This document shows, piece by piece, positions 12,258-24,756 of a stretch of 64,000 nt of DNA. Within the stretch, counting starts at the first letter, position 1; each line of letters starts with the position of its first letter. The translations under genes were made by a program, and so were the position numbers. The DNA comes from Entomortierella parvispora E1425. Lineage: Eukaryota > Fungi > Mortierellomycota. Location: assembly GCA_020891255.1 (NCBI GenBank), contig BQFW01000012.1, positions 1,550,001-1,614,000 on the forward strand, written 5' to 3'. The notes under the pieces were generated by a model. The model was not told the origin of the DNA and did not search any database. It saw only the letters and a program-made list of their open reading frames with translations.

Positions 12258-13640
12258 CTACAGGTCCTTTTTCTTTTGGCCCTTGTCGACTCTGTTGTTG
12301 GTGTTATTGTTGCTGGTGTCGGTGCTCACACCTTGCAGGTGGTTAGACACCGGACGCTGTGAGCTGTGAATCCTGGACCAAACACGCCGTAAGCAGAACT
12401 GGGGACCCTTTCCTCTAGGAGTGGGTAATCGCAGTGGCGCCGTCGTTGCTGTCGGCGTCACCGACGACCTGACTGTTGTTATTTTTGTTGGGGTCTGGGT
12501 CTCGTCAGTGGCAAAGCAGCAGGGGGAAGAGCACACAGCACCTTGAGGGTCGCTATTCTCACTGTCTTGGGACGCAAATGAGGAGGAGGTGACTGTCGTA
12601 TGGAGACGGTTGCACAATAATAGCCCCCGTCCCTTCCCTTGGTTGCTGCTGTGGTCCACACTGGTGTTATGGACAGTGGTGCTGATGTTCTTCTGGTCAG
12701 GGCCGTAAGATGTAGATGCAGATGCGGATTCAGAGGGAAGAGTACGACGTGAACAGGAGGAAATATAGACGGACGTGGAGGACGAAGTTGTTGCCGCCTT
12801 CCCCACCGCGGTTGATTCAGGACTCAAGGACCACAGTCGTTCCGGTTCTTGCCCAACACGGCTGTCGATCGCGCGTTCCTCTCCTTCATCTTCTGACTCG
12901 TCGTCCTCAGGAAGCAATCGATGATGGGATTGTTCTTGTTCGGTCCCGAGTTCAGATCCTTCTCGAAGACGCGTCGACGCCGTCGTCATTGTTCTGTTGT
13001 CGTTGCAGCTTGAAAATCGACTCCTGAACCACTGCTTGACGGCCCGACCTGGATGCTGGCAGCTGATACTGCTACTTGTTGGATTCGAATTCGTTTTTAT
13101 ACCGTTGGGTTTGTTGTTATTCAGCCCAACTGCAACAACAACATTCCTCGTTCTAGGATCCACACCCTTGTTGCTTGCGCCAATATCGGTTGTGGTGAGG
13201 CTGACGGCAGAACGGCCCCTCGCGGCCATGGCCGTCTCCTCTTTGGCTCTTTTCTTGTCCTTTTTCTTTTGTTTCTTCAATTCCTTGACTTGTCGCTTGA
13301 GTTCTTTCTTGAGTTTTCGGGCTCTTTTGGCCTCCTGGTATTCGCGTTCGTCCGCCTCATCTTCTGAATTAGGTCCTCCTTCAAACCGTTCCTCATCTGG
13401 ACGTGCGTAGTAGTCCTGACCGATCAAGTTTGTCTTTTTTCTTTGGGCAGAAGAATAGCGTGAGGAAGGAAGAGGATGCGGAATCTTCTGATGCGGGAGT
13501 TGATGCGGATGAGAGGTGGGGCAGCAAAGATTGCCAGTAATGGTGGAGATCTTGGGCTGTTGTTGCGGCAAGAGTGATGCTCCATGGTGAAGGTTGGCAT
13601 GTCGACCTCGGAGGACTGAGGATGGGATGTAGGAGTCCAT
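12258..13640 (-). CDS. Hypothetical low-complexity protein (~460 aa) with a basic coiled-coil segment
   Basis: Long uninterrupted ORF from ATG 13640, preceded by a pyrimidine-rich leader. It is S/T/E-rich with a K-rich helix (EREYQEAKRARKLKKELKRQVKELKKQKKKDKKR). No domain recognised; the 3' end could be spliced. Confidence 0.6.
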   Translation of the reverse strand: MDSYIPSSVLRGRHANLHHGASLLPQQQPKISTITGNLCCPTSHPHQLPHQKIPHPLPSSRYSSAQRKKTNLIGQDYYARPDEERFEGGPNSEDEADEREYQEAKRARKLKKELKRQVKELKKQKKKDKKRAKEETAMAARGRSAVSLTTTDIGASNKGVDPRTRNVVVAVGLNNNKPNGIKTNSNPTSSSISCQHPGRAVKQWFRSRFSSCNDNRTMTTASTRLREGSELGTEQEQSHHRLLPEDDESEDEGEERAIDSRVGQEPERLWSLSPESTAVGKAATTSSSTSVYISSCSRRTLPSESASASTSYGPDQKNISTTVHNTSVDHSSNQGKGRGLLLCNRLHTTVTSSSFASQDSENSDPQGAVCSSPCCFATDETQTPTKITTVRSSVTPTATTAPLRLPTPRGKGPQFCLRRVWSRIHSSQRPVSNHLQGVSTDTSNNNTNNRVDKGQKKKDL

Positions 13641-14791
13641 TGTATCAAAAGAAAACAAAGGTAGATGGGTGTAGATGGATGTAGATGGGAGATATCCTTT
13701 TTTTGGATGCTCCTCCCCCTGACGTGGTGTCGAAAAAAAAAAAGTGAAAAAGATTAGGATGATGTTCGCGTGTTTTTGAAAACAAACAGGGACTCCAGTG
13801 AAGCGATTGATGTGTTATCTCCAGCCGTCGTGGGAAAAGGTATAATACTCCCAGTGTGAGAGGGGGAGGGAGGGAGAGAGGAATATAAAAGTAACAATGG
13901 CGAGAGGAAAGAATAAAAAGAAAAGTAAACGTTGGTGAGACGTAAAGATGAAGACGGGAGACGGAAAAATGAGGAGCAAGACTTGTAAAGGTCCCACTGC
14001 TCTTCCTGCCGATCGATTTTCCTATCGTTATCCTTAACTCACTCAGTGGTTGAGGGAGCGATTGCCTCTCAATAGGAAAGAATGTTAAAGATACTTTTTT
14101 TTGAGGACCCCCCTCCTTTCGCTCACATTGCAGCTTTTCCCTCCACATCCCCCTCGAGGTGGCTCCTTTTACCCTACATTTTTTGTTCATCCCAAAAAAC
14201 CGCAAGTTTGACAACACAGTTTGAATCAAGAACCACTCTGACAGTGCTATGCCTGGTTTGTCCCTTGTCAAGATATCTCTCCAAAAGGTCTACTATCACG
14301 TCTAAACGACAATCCGGGGATCAAATCAAACAAAACATTTGATGAGCGCTATGGGAGCACGGCTAATATAAAAAAGAAAGGATGAGACCTCCTTGCGGGC
14401 TCATGCGATGCTTGTAAAAAGGGACTCCTTGCGTAAAAGGAGGTCTCCTGACATTCGGTGGTATCAAACGCGTCAAAGTTGATACAGCCTCTTTTCTAGG
14501 ATTTTGCCGTTTGCTTTCTGCTCTTTTGAACGCGTTTTGTGGGTCTTGTACCTCCTCTTGGTCATCATCCTAGGTTGGTTCATTGGCTCCTTTCACACCG
14601 GATGCAACATGAGCACGCGCGCCTTGTAAAGTACAATTAGTGGATTTTTCTTTATTTATTTGCTGTCATGTGCTGTCGAGAAAAGGAAGTGGGATATATG
14701 CATGTTCATGTCGAAAGAGAGAACAAAAACGAAAAAACTGTGAAAGCAATTATACTAGGTCAAGAGCGAAAGGCAAATTGAGCTCGGTTCT

Positions 14792-16878
14792 TTAGATGAC
14801 AAAGAACTGATCTTGCTCTTTGACCTCTCTCCTCCGGCCCGTCATGAGGTATCCCAAGGACGCAAACTTCTCACCCCACTCGCGAATCAAAGCGGGCTTG
14901 AAGAAGACAACGAAAATAACGGTTCCAATCGAGGAAACGACAAACTCTGCCGCAATCATCAAACCATAGGGTGGCAGGAATGGCGACAGTTGGTCAGCGC
15001 AGTAGTTGTGAGCGTTTCCGACCTTGAGACAGTACACAAACTTGATGATGTTGTTTTGCAGCGTCAAGGGGTTGATCTTTCGCAGCTGAATAAAGTAAAA
15101 GAGCCAGTAAAAGGTAACCGAGACCATGGCGCACACAGCCATCAAGGCAGCGCGCCATTGGATACGAATGGCCATCATGACGTGACGACGATGAGAGATG
15201 GCGGCTGCTGCACCGGCAGACAAGGTGGAGCGAGACATGGTCTCTGAATCAGCGCCGGCTTGGGTTGAGATACGAGCAATATGGAAGAAGGTAGCAATGT
15301 GGACCAAGAAAGCGGGGAAGATCATGGCAGCTAAGGGGTAGAAGAAGATTTGAGGTGCCTTGGCCTGAGATACCAAGCACAAAGTGGCAAAGTCCCACTG
15401 AATCTCGCCCATTCCCAATGCAACGGCAGTAACTGCAGTGGCATATCCCCAGCACAAGATGTGAAGAAGCCAGTACTTCTTGGCGAACCAAGCAGAGTTC
15501 CAGACAGTGTGGAAGTGAAGGTTGAGAATCAAGGCCGTGCACCATCCGCATGTAGCAACGGATGCGAAAACGAGGATAGCGCCTAGAATGGGAGGTAATG
15601 GTGGTTAGAGTTGAAATTCAATTGACACGTGTGTCCGGTGCCATTTGGAGATGGGTTCCTACCTTGAATAGCACACTTGAGGTTGTTTTGCTGGGTACTG
15701 GGATTAATGAGGTCGGCGCATTGAATGCCTCTGGTGTCAATCAAGGGGAAGATAATGACGACCGAGAAGAGGAAGACGCAGATGGAGAAGAACAGAATCA
15801 ACGCGCTTGGGTGGGAGCGCTTATCGTCCAAGATCAAGTAGGAGAGCACCAGGATAAAAGATAGGACCATGGAAACGGCACGCATGGCGTTCGTGATTGT
15901 GAATCCAGTTTCCAAGGCGCCTGTACGGTAAAGTGAGTACTGTGCAGGGCAAGGGAGGCAGCATCCGTTCATGCAGTATTGGGCGTTGGCTGTAGTGCCT
16001 CCTGGTCCGGTTTTGGGGTCCGTGACGAATGGGGCATCGCACTGTGCAGTTAAGTTACCAATGCCAGTAGGTCCAAGATTCTGGATAGCATGAACGACGT
16101 TACACGAGCCATCGGGTTGGAAGGGGACTCCAGCGGGTGGCAGGTAGACAGTAGAGCCAGGGATAGGAGCGTCGCACTTTGGGATAGCAGCTGTCTGGTT
16201 GAAGATTGTGAAAAGCTCTGAGCACTCGGTGAAGGCGTTTTGGCAGGTGGACATGCATCCGAATCTGACGTTGTAGGTGTTGCCCCCAGCAGGATCTGCC
16301 ATGGGGAAAGACGTGGAGCAGACGTACTCCATGAAAGGCTCATAGCAAGCTTCAGTGAGTTGACTCATCTGACTCGAGGTAATACCCTGCTTGGTAAGGC
16401 TGCCTTCAATGTCTGCAACGGTGGTGTTGGGAGGCAACCAGACCTCGTAGTTGACATAGTTTTTGCAGAGCGTGCCATTGTAGGGTGCCACTATTTCAAC
16501 AAGCGTGGGATAAAAGGTCAGCCGTGTTCAGTCGAGCCGTTTCAATTATTTGTAAAGCTCTTTGATTTGTGCTCGGTTGAGGTGACTTTGTCCAACTGCC
16601 CTGCCCTGGCTGACGGAGAGGACCTAAACAGCTCTCCGAGAGTAGGACAAAGAGCTCCACGTTCACGCACACCACACGCGCACGAAACAGATACAAATAC
16701 ACACACACGGGGAAAGATGTTGCGCCACCAATATCTTGCGGATTGATCGATCGGGCTTTTTCTGGCGTGGTGGGTGTTCTGCAGACTACTTACTGGATCC
16801 GAGGGCCTCGGTCATAGATCCGACAAGGCCGAGGGCCAAGGCGGCGACCGCGGTGACTTTGGTCAGGAATCGGGTCAT
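14792..16878 (-). CDS. Frizzled/Smoothened-like (class F) GPCR: signal peptide, Cys-rich Fz-like domain, 7TM (~567 aa)
   Basis: Exons 16878-16794 (signal peptide MTRFLTKVTAVAALALGLVGSMTEA), 16490-15663, 15582-14792. CRD: PYNGTLCKNYV...CYEPFMEYVCSTSFP...CMSTCQNAFTECSELF...C. Linker YCMNGCCLPCP, then seven hydrophobic segments with CAIQG (TM3), HILCWG (TM4) and LCLV (ECL2), as in Frizzled/Dictyostelium Fsl-type receptors. Confidence 0.85.
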
Positions 16879-17222
16879 GAGGGGAGAATGAAGGAGAATC
16901 AACCGAAACTAGGACGAGATGTGTTTGTTTTAGGAACGAATGGGAAGAATGGGAGGTGGTGAATGAGATTCGAGAGATGATGGAGAAGGGAGAAAAAAGA
17001 AAGGGAGCAAGGGAGGAAGGTTGATGTTCACCGGTGAGTGCTGGTGGGGACGGGAGGGGATGCGAAGCACAGAGAGGAAGAGGAGGAAGAGGAGGAAGAG
17101 GATGAGACGGAGGGAGAGTGGCGGAAGGCAGAGAGGACAAGAGGACAAAAGGACAAGAAGAAAGAAAGAAAGGCGAAAGAGGAGAAAGCGAGGAAAGAGT
17201 CTGTCGGTCCGCTCTCCCTCCA

Positions 17223-17268
17223 CAACTGACGACTGACAACTGACAACTGACAACTGACAACCGACAAC
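17223..17268. repeat. Tandem 7-bp repeat (ACTGACA), about 6 degenerate copies, upstream of the Frizzled-like gene
   Basis: caactgacgactgacaactgacaactgacaactgacaaccgacaac read directly. Confidence 0.85.
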
Positions 17269-19063
17269 GCGAAGGAGTCTTCCTCGTGCGTGTGTGCATG
17301 TAAACAGGCGGCTTCAATCCATGTCGTCTGTTCTCTGTTAGCAAGATTGATTGCACTCTTGCTCCATAGGCCGAACCTTGGTCTGTCCACACCCGTTTGG
17401 ACAGATACGACTCCGACAGTACCTTCTCGTTCTTGTTCTTTGCTTTATTATGTATTGTTCTATTCTAATCAACCGCTCGTTCCTTTATTCGCCCGTTCAC
17501 TCTCATTCAATCGTAATATTCTCTCTCCCCTGACGGAGTACGATCCTACTTCCTCGCTGGCTCCCTCTCTCCTGCTGCCCCGATCACTTTATTTCTCCCC
17601 CTCTCTTTCTCCATGTCCTCTGCTGCTGCATCCGAGAAACAGTTAAGAGATTCCCAGCAGCATTGACCTGCACCTGGCTACATGTGTCCATCTCCAACGT
17701 CTCACTCTTCTTCTCCTGCCCCCATGCTGCGCGCTGACATGTGGAGAGTCTCTCGATCACTGCTCTCAATTTCTGGTCTACAGTTTCTCTTTTGTCCCAC
17801 ATTTTGTAGACTCCCCCTGTGAATCCAAAAGGCGTGGCCGTGGTTCGATTTGTCGGACGTTGTGTTGTTGTTGTGGTGGTTGATGATGATGTTCTTGATA
17901 TTCAAAGTCGATGATCAACACGCTTACTTTGTTCCTCGCTACATTTTGTCCCACATTGCTTTCATTTCATTTTTCCAGTTCTGAACTCTTGTAAACTGCT
18001 GCACAAGGTCGTTTGACCCACCCTGTTCAGGGTATCCTCTGGCCGTTGGAGGCTCAAATGAGTTGTAGTCTACTGCAGTAATGTAATCTTTTTCCCTTTT
18101 TTTTTTTTTTTTTTTTTAATATCTTGTCAGCACTAAAAAAACATCCACGCTAAATTTATCAAGGTCAGCAGGGATCCAGCTGCAAAGAAGCCACCCTCAC
18201 CTAAGCGTCAACAAAACGATCGGGCAATTCTTTGAGGGAACCCAAGCGCAATGCCATTTTGTCCAAATGGCCCTCCTGCGTTGCTTGCTCACCGACTGTC
18301 GTGCTTCCCGCGGGACGTCCATTGCCCAGAGCCTATTGCTGATGAGTAAGTGCTCGATACATGTACTGTACTTTTTTTCCTGCTCCACATGTCCATATAT
18401 CCACACACCCACACAAGGTCCTAGAGGAGAAACAGACTCCCATCCCACAAGGCACGTTGTTGTCGAGTGAACGAACGAAACGAGTCGAAAGTTTTGAAGA
18501 GCAAAGAGAAACGCAGCGGACCCGCACCGGACTGGCTCCATCAATTTCCCAGCTGCTGCAGTCGAACGCTGTCAAAGCCAATATGAACGCTAAAGAAATA
18601 AAAAAGAGGGTTTGCTCTCTTCCTCTCCCCCTCACGCCATTGGATTGCGACCCTGTTCGCTCTCTTCCTCGTCGGCTGTAGGCCTAGAGCGACATAAATG
18701 TTGATGGGAGGGATCAGCAGAGAGAGGAAGGAGAGGGTGAGTGGAGAAAGTGACAAACCGGAGAAAAGATAGAGGGACCTGAGCTTGGGCCCCCCTCCAG
18801 AAAAGCTTCTGGCGCCTGGATATATACACTCTCTAGCCCATGTTGGCACCAAGTCGCGCGTTGCTTCACACAAAGTCCAACTTGGTCACAAAAGGAAGCG
18901 TCCCCACTGCCAGCCCTTTGTGTCGCCACGCTTCCACTCTTCCAGGGAAACGTGAATGTGCAACCTTCATCATCTTGACCTCTTTTTTATTTTTGGCCAT
19001 CAGATCATTTCGCTCATTTCATCCTCCTCTTTCTTAGCGTGAATCATCTTGTCAATTTAAGAA

Positions 19064-20939
19064 ATGCCAGTTCAGACTACGACACTCTCGACGGACCCGG
19101 TTCTTGTCCAGCAGCATCAGCTCTCTGTCACTCTGCCAAACACCAACAGCAAACATAGGGAGGGGTCTGTTTTCTCAGCAACGATCCTGACGTATGGAGC
19201 CACATTAACTCATGTGTGCTACCCTGACCGATGGAACGCTTGCCAGGACGTAGCGCTGGGCTTTGACCATTGGCAGGAGTACCTGGTCCAGGCACAACCT
19301 GGGGCACTAAACCCTTTCTTTGGGGCTATAATTGGGCGGACTGCCAGTCGGTAGGTGCATGATAAACTACATGTGTCGAAATATCAATTGAAAGTTGGGA
19401 GCCAGGCGGGGAACCATATGACAGATACGTGGAGGCGAAAAACAGGGGCAAGGGAGCGGAGGTAAAGTGGAAGTGGGGCAAGAGAGATAGTGAAAGAGCA
19501 AAAGTAAGAGAGAGCTTGTGAGTAAGTACATCTTGCATGTAGTCAATAATCCTGGAGCGGCGCGCGTTGTGCGCTCTGCGATAAGCAGGAGATGGTGGAA
19601 TCGATTCGTTTCTGTTCATGGGCAGCTGGCATGCCCACAAGAGAAAAGAAGCTGTGCCAAGGCACCACTGGACACACCTGAGACCGTTTGGCATGTGCTG
19701 CCAGGAATGCTCACTTTTTTTTTTTTTTTTTTTTTTTTTTTGATATCCGCTCAACTTGGCCCCTACTCCTGTTGCAGTATCGCCCATGCCTCGTTCATTC
19801 TCGATACTCCACAATCGGTTTCAGTGAGCGCAGGCGGTAGCGCGGACAGTCATTCCAGCGATCGCACAGGCATCACCCAGAGCAACACAACCCACACGCT
19901 AAAGGTCTCCAATGGTCTGGACTGTCATCACGGTGGTCCTCTCGGGTTCGACAAACAGCATTGGACTACAGTCAAGGTCGATCAGGATCGAAATGCCGTC
20001 CTCTTGCAGTTGGTCTCGCCTAATGGCCAGAATGGCTACCCTGGTCGACTCGTCACGACGGTCGAGTATCAGTTGACATCCGACGGAGAGCTGTGTGTTG
20101 AATATTGGGCGAAATTAGAAAAAGGATCCGACAATGTCTCTTCAGCAGCAGAGGACTTGCAGAGCACTATTGTCAGCTTGACGCATCACGCGTATTGGAA
20201 CTTGGATGGTGTCTTGAATCCCGCGGACGAAAGTATATCACCATCGTTCATGTCGTCGGCCTTGGAATCTTCTGAACATGTGAAGATTCGAAACCCATGC
20301 TCAGTCAAAGACCATCAACTTTGGCTCTGCAGCAACAAACTTGTAGAGTTGGGTGCGTCCCATCCGGTCCCGACGGGCAACATTGTGGATGTTGCCCAAG
20401 ATGCACTCTTGGATTTCACACAGGAGAAGAAGCTGGGGCCTGGACTGGAAGAGATTCCTGGAGGGTTTGGATATGATCATGTCTACGCCTTGCAAAAGCC
20501 GGGCTCAGCCCCAGGGACCGAGGTCGGTATCCAAGCCTACTTCCCAGAGACTCCTCATGTCGCCACCCTGAGCTCACTGCGCACTGGCATTCGCCTGGAT
20601 CTTTATACTTCCGAGCCTGCTTTGGTCGTCTATGCATCTGGATATTTGGACGATTCAAAGTTGCAATCGACTAAATCAAAGTCTTTGGAGATGCCCTCTT
20701 CATCATTTATTCTGTCGCCCACTGCCCCGAGCACTGCCGCCGCTGTCGCCAACAACAGGGTCGGAAAAATTGTTATTGAGGCCGGATTTGATAAATTTGC
20801 TGGTATCAGCTTGGAGCCTATTCGGTATCCAGATGCAATCCATCATCCGGAATGGTCCTCTATGGTCACACTGCATGCGGGCCAGGAGTATCGCCAGCGC
20901 TCCATTTACAAGTTTAGTGTGGAGCCATCCAAGTCTTGA
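19064..20939 (+). CDS. GALM: Aldose 1-epimerase (galactose mutarotase)
   Basis: Exon 19064-19350, 427-nt intron, exon 19778-20939. Motifs FFGAIIGRTASR|IAHASF, HHGGPLGFDK, NGYPG, SLTHHAYWNLDG, GYDHVY and GISLEPIRYPDAIHHP correspond to the GalM catalytic His/His/Glu motifs. Confidence 0.93.
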
Positions 20940-21023
20940 ACTTACAACCCAATAAAAGGCCAAGGGTTCATTTTAAACACAAATCTGCAAGTTGACCATA
21001 TATCACTTTATTTCAAATGAAGG

Positions 21024-21733
21024 TTAGATGCTAGGGTCAGACTCGGTTGGGATTTCAGGCACCACTGGTATGGACGGTCCGCGGTTAGATTCCGCCATCA
21101 TTTGGTCCTTTTCGTCATCCACTGTTTCATTCTTTTCTTCTATAGGACCCTCGTCCTTTTTTGTCACGACTACGTTCTCCGTCTCCATGGACATGGTCGC
21201 TGAGCCTACATCACCAAATCCTGCCTGGCGGATCTTGGGCGAATCTATTCGTTGCCTTTTCATTCCCGGTGTACCCAAAGATGTGTATGCATCATCGTCA
21301 TCATTGTCATCTCCATTGCCATTGACTTCCTCAGTCTCTTCAGTGGCCGGCATTGAGGTCGAATCTCCTCCTGGTAACTCCTGTCCAGTTGGTGTCATTT
21401 TCTTGCCTCTAGCACTAACGCTCATCTTTCTCTTTTCCCCTGCTCCATTCGATCCAACGACTGATGTCGACGGAACCTCCTCGTAGATACGTCTGATATA
21501 GCTGGTGCACTTTTCAGCGTCGGGTAACTCCTGTATCATTTTGGCTATTGTGTCGTTTGAAAAGCCATAATAGTCTGGTCCTGAAGCCGAGTTGGAATGG
21601 TCGCGTCTACGGATTAAATTGGCAGCTTTCACAATATGTGTCCAAGCACCAGTAGCAGTTCCAGCAATGATCGGGCTCCCGGGTTGGTCTTCTGCGTCTA
21701 TTTGAAACTGAAGTCGGCAAAAGGATTAGATTT

Positions 21734-21764
<31 letters not shown>

Positions 21765-23025
21765 TTTCGCCACCAAACAAAAATTACCTTCGGAGCCTCG
21801 CCATCGTCAATGACGCTGCATGTATATATCGTCTGCTTCGTGGGGTCCACCATGCTGTTATAGGATCTGGACACTTTGTACCCGACTGGCCAAATATATC
21901 GTTCGTTGTGGAAGGCCTCCCTGTCGTAGACAACATGGCCTGTACTCCAGACAGTCAAAATACCCACATTGACCGGCAGCTTCACAAGTCCATTCTCATC
22001 CCTTGGGAGAGCAACGACTTTCCTGACTTTGTTGAGGTCAATTCGAGGCTTGTTGGACTGATGTATACGTTTTGGTTTTTGAGTGGCCGATCCAACGTTG
22101 GTAATGGTGGACGCAACAGGGGCAGATGGTCCATTGGGTTTTGAATCTTTTGGCGCTGTCGACGATTTTGGATTGCCTCCCTTTTTGAAAGGGGACCCTT
22201 TAGACTTTGGATTGGGTCCAGAGTTGCTGGCACGCAAAGCCTCTCGTGAGGCGTACAGTGCTGACTCGCGCAGGGCAATGATCTGTCTTGCTCGGATTTC
22301 AGCCAGGACAGAAGAAGAGTCAGAATCCCTGCTGTCGCTACTCAATAAGTCATCGCTGTCTGTTCCCGATCCTGAATCACGACGTTCCAGTGTTGAGAGG
22401 CGATCTAACAGAAGACTGCAGAAGAAAAGAGTCAGAATTGGACTGAGGAGGCTGTGCTGCAGAGTTTCCAACTGGCATGGTGACAATCCACTTACTTTTT
22501 CTCCCTGCGCAATTGCCTCACACGTCGTTGTGACCTATCCAGTTCTTGGTTTATCCTTTGGTTGTCCTACAGGTCATAACAGATCAAACGTTGTGGTTTA
22601 ATGAGGATAACTGTACGCAGGAGATGTTCCGCAAGATGTCCGAAGGATGAGCCGCTTATTACCTCCAAAATTCGATCGAGCCTGGCCTCTAGTGCCTGGA
22701 GTTTGTCGTCCTGAAGGTGGACCATGTCTTTTTCCTCCGATAAGGGCGAATATATACAGCGACTGTGCGAATCGCCTGTGCTCTTGTGTGAGTGTCGCCC
22801 CTGACCATTCTGGAAAGGATGTGGCTCAGAACTATCCTCCTGTCGATGCCTGTGCGAAGGGGTAGGTGTCCTTTGGTACCGTTCCAGATGCTCTCGATGA
22901 GCACCCTCGTGCAAAGGCGGGGATGGAGTCTCTGAGGGTGTCTGATGTCGTTGCCTTTGAAGGTAATTCTTGTGCTGAAGGTCCGAGGGAACTTCTGCAG
23001 CTCCGATGGTGATCACGCCTTCCAT
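21024..23025 (-). CDS. TBRG1: TBRG1-like chromatin protein with N-terminal coiled coil and FYRN/FYRC domains
   Basis: Spliced ...LDRILE|DNQRINQELDRSQRRVRQLRREKS|LLLDRL (INO80E-like coil). LPVNVGILTVWSTGHVVYDREAFHNERYIWPVGY...YTCSVIDDGEAPK|FQI is FYRN; ATGAWTHIV...SGPDYYGFSNDTIAKMIQELPDAEKC is FYRC. Confidence 0.85.
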
Positions 23026-24071
23026 GTGCTTATGAAGGGACGTGACTTTTCAAGTGAATTGGTGGCGTCGTCAGAAAAAGACCTTGAAAAAGAAGACTAC
23101 AGAGAATAGATGACCGCGTGTGCTGTGGACTATTCCCATTAGTCTCAAGAAGTCTGCTGGCAAGACGATGAAGCAACTGTCGTTCAGGGAGCAAACTATC
23201 AGAACGCGTCCGAGAAGGATCTTTGTTAGCATAAAGAGCATTGGAATGTTGGTCAGAGCTGTGCGAAAAGACATTTCATTTCGTACCTCGGGGAAAGGAC
23301 AAATGAATGGTGAATGCGAGGCAATGTCACTTTGTAGAGGGAGGGGAGGATGAGGTGAGAAGAAAAGCAAGAGGAGAAGGAGGAAGGATGGAAGGATGGA
23401 AGGATGAATGAATGGGAGAGGGAGTGGGAAGGAGTGGGAAGGAGTGGGGGAGAGGTGCAGGGCGACCAAGGCGAGCAATGAGCACGGGAAGGGAGGGGAG
23501 TGAGAGACAGACAAGAGAGAGACCACAGAGAGAGAGAGAGAGAGAGACAAAAAAAAAGAAAGAAGGGAAAAGGGGGTCAACCAAGAGAAGGAAAGGGAAC
23601 GAGAGCGAGATGGGGATGGAGGGATGAACTGGCGTTGGGGGTGGGGACAGGTGGAGACATGGAGTGGAGCGAGACAGAGAGAGAGTGAGTGAGAGAGGAA
23701 AGGGTTAGGGGGAGCAAGGCGCGAACGTGTCTTGTTCGATGGAGCGCAGAGGGAGGAGAGCACAAGCAAAGAGAGAGAGACAGAGAGAGAGAGAGAGCGC
23801 GCGCAGCAGAGTCAGAGTGAGGAAGGGGGGCAAAGAAGGGACAGAGCGCACAGACGGACCAGACCGGGGTCGTCCAACACTTCATTTTTCTTAATTTTCA
23901 CTCATTCTTCGCACGGCGATCGTGCCTGCTCTGTGTTCTTTTTGTCTCTCCGGACGTCCATCTTTCGTTCCTTCCTTCTTTCCTTCCCTCCTTCTCTCCT
24001 TCTCTCCTTCTCTCGCCCCCTCGTGTTCTCCTTCAAACCCTCTTCACACTCCCTCCCTCGACCTTCGTACC

Positions 24072-24715
24072 ATGTCGTCCCTTTCCTCCAGGTCAATCTC
24101 ACCTGTCCAGGCCGCCACCGTGGTTGCCGCCAAGGACTGGACCCCTACTTCGTGGCAATCAAAGCCCATCAAGCAGGATGTTGACTACCCCGACAAGGTC
24201 CACTTGGACAAAGTCCTCGAGAAGATCGGCCGTCTCCCTCCCATGGTTGTCCCTGGAGAGGTAGCCCCTTCCTTCCTTCTTTCTCTGACTCATGGACTAC
24301 CTGGTCAACGGTCATTCACCACTGATCAGTCCCGCCCGTTGGAGAATTTTTTTAGTTTAATCGTTGCGAAATGCTAAATCATTCTCTTTTACTCGCAATG
24401 CTCATGTTTAGATCCATCGTCTCCGCCAACAGCTCGCAGACGTTGCCATGGGCAAGGCCTTTTTGCTTCAAGGAGGCGATTGCGCTGAGCTCTTTGATTA
24501 CTGTGCACAGGTAAGGAGCCAGACTCGACCGTTGTTTTTCCGATTTCTACCTTTGTTGAGATCTTTGATGAAGCTGCAAGACAATGGCCTCATATAATCA
24601 AGCAGCAGCAGAGTGGATCTGCGTGATCTCATCGGGCCTACCATCGGGATAGCCCTTCAAAAGGGGGCTTGCATTGCTGGCTTCTTTGGATCGCGAGATT
24701 GTCTCTGTCTCTCTG

Positions 24716-24756
<41 letters not shown>

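Noticed and set aside
14384-14449. 11-bp inverted repeat GAGACCTCCTT...AAGGAGGTCTC (a similar case at 8652-8712)
   Set aside because: The stem is short, the loop pairs poorly and the length is within chance expectation; no further support.
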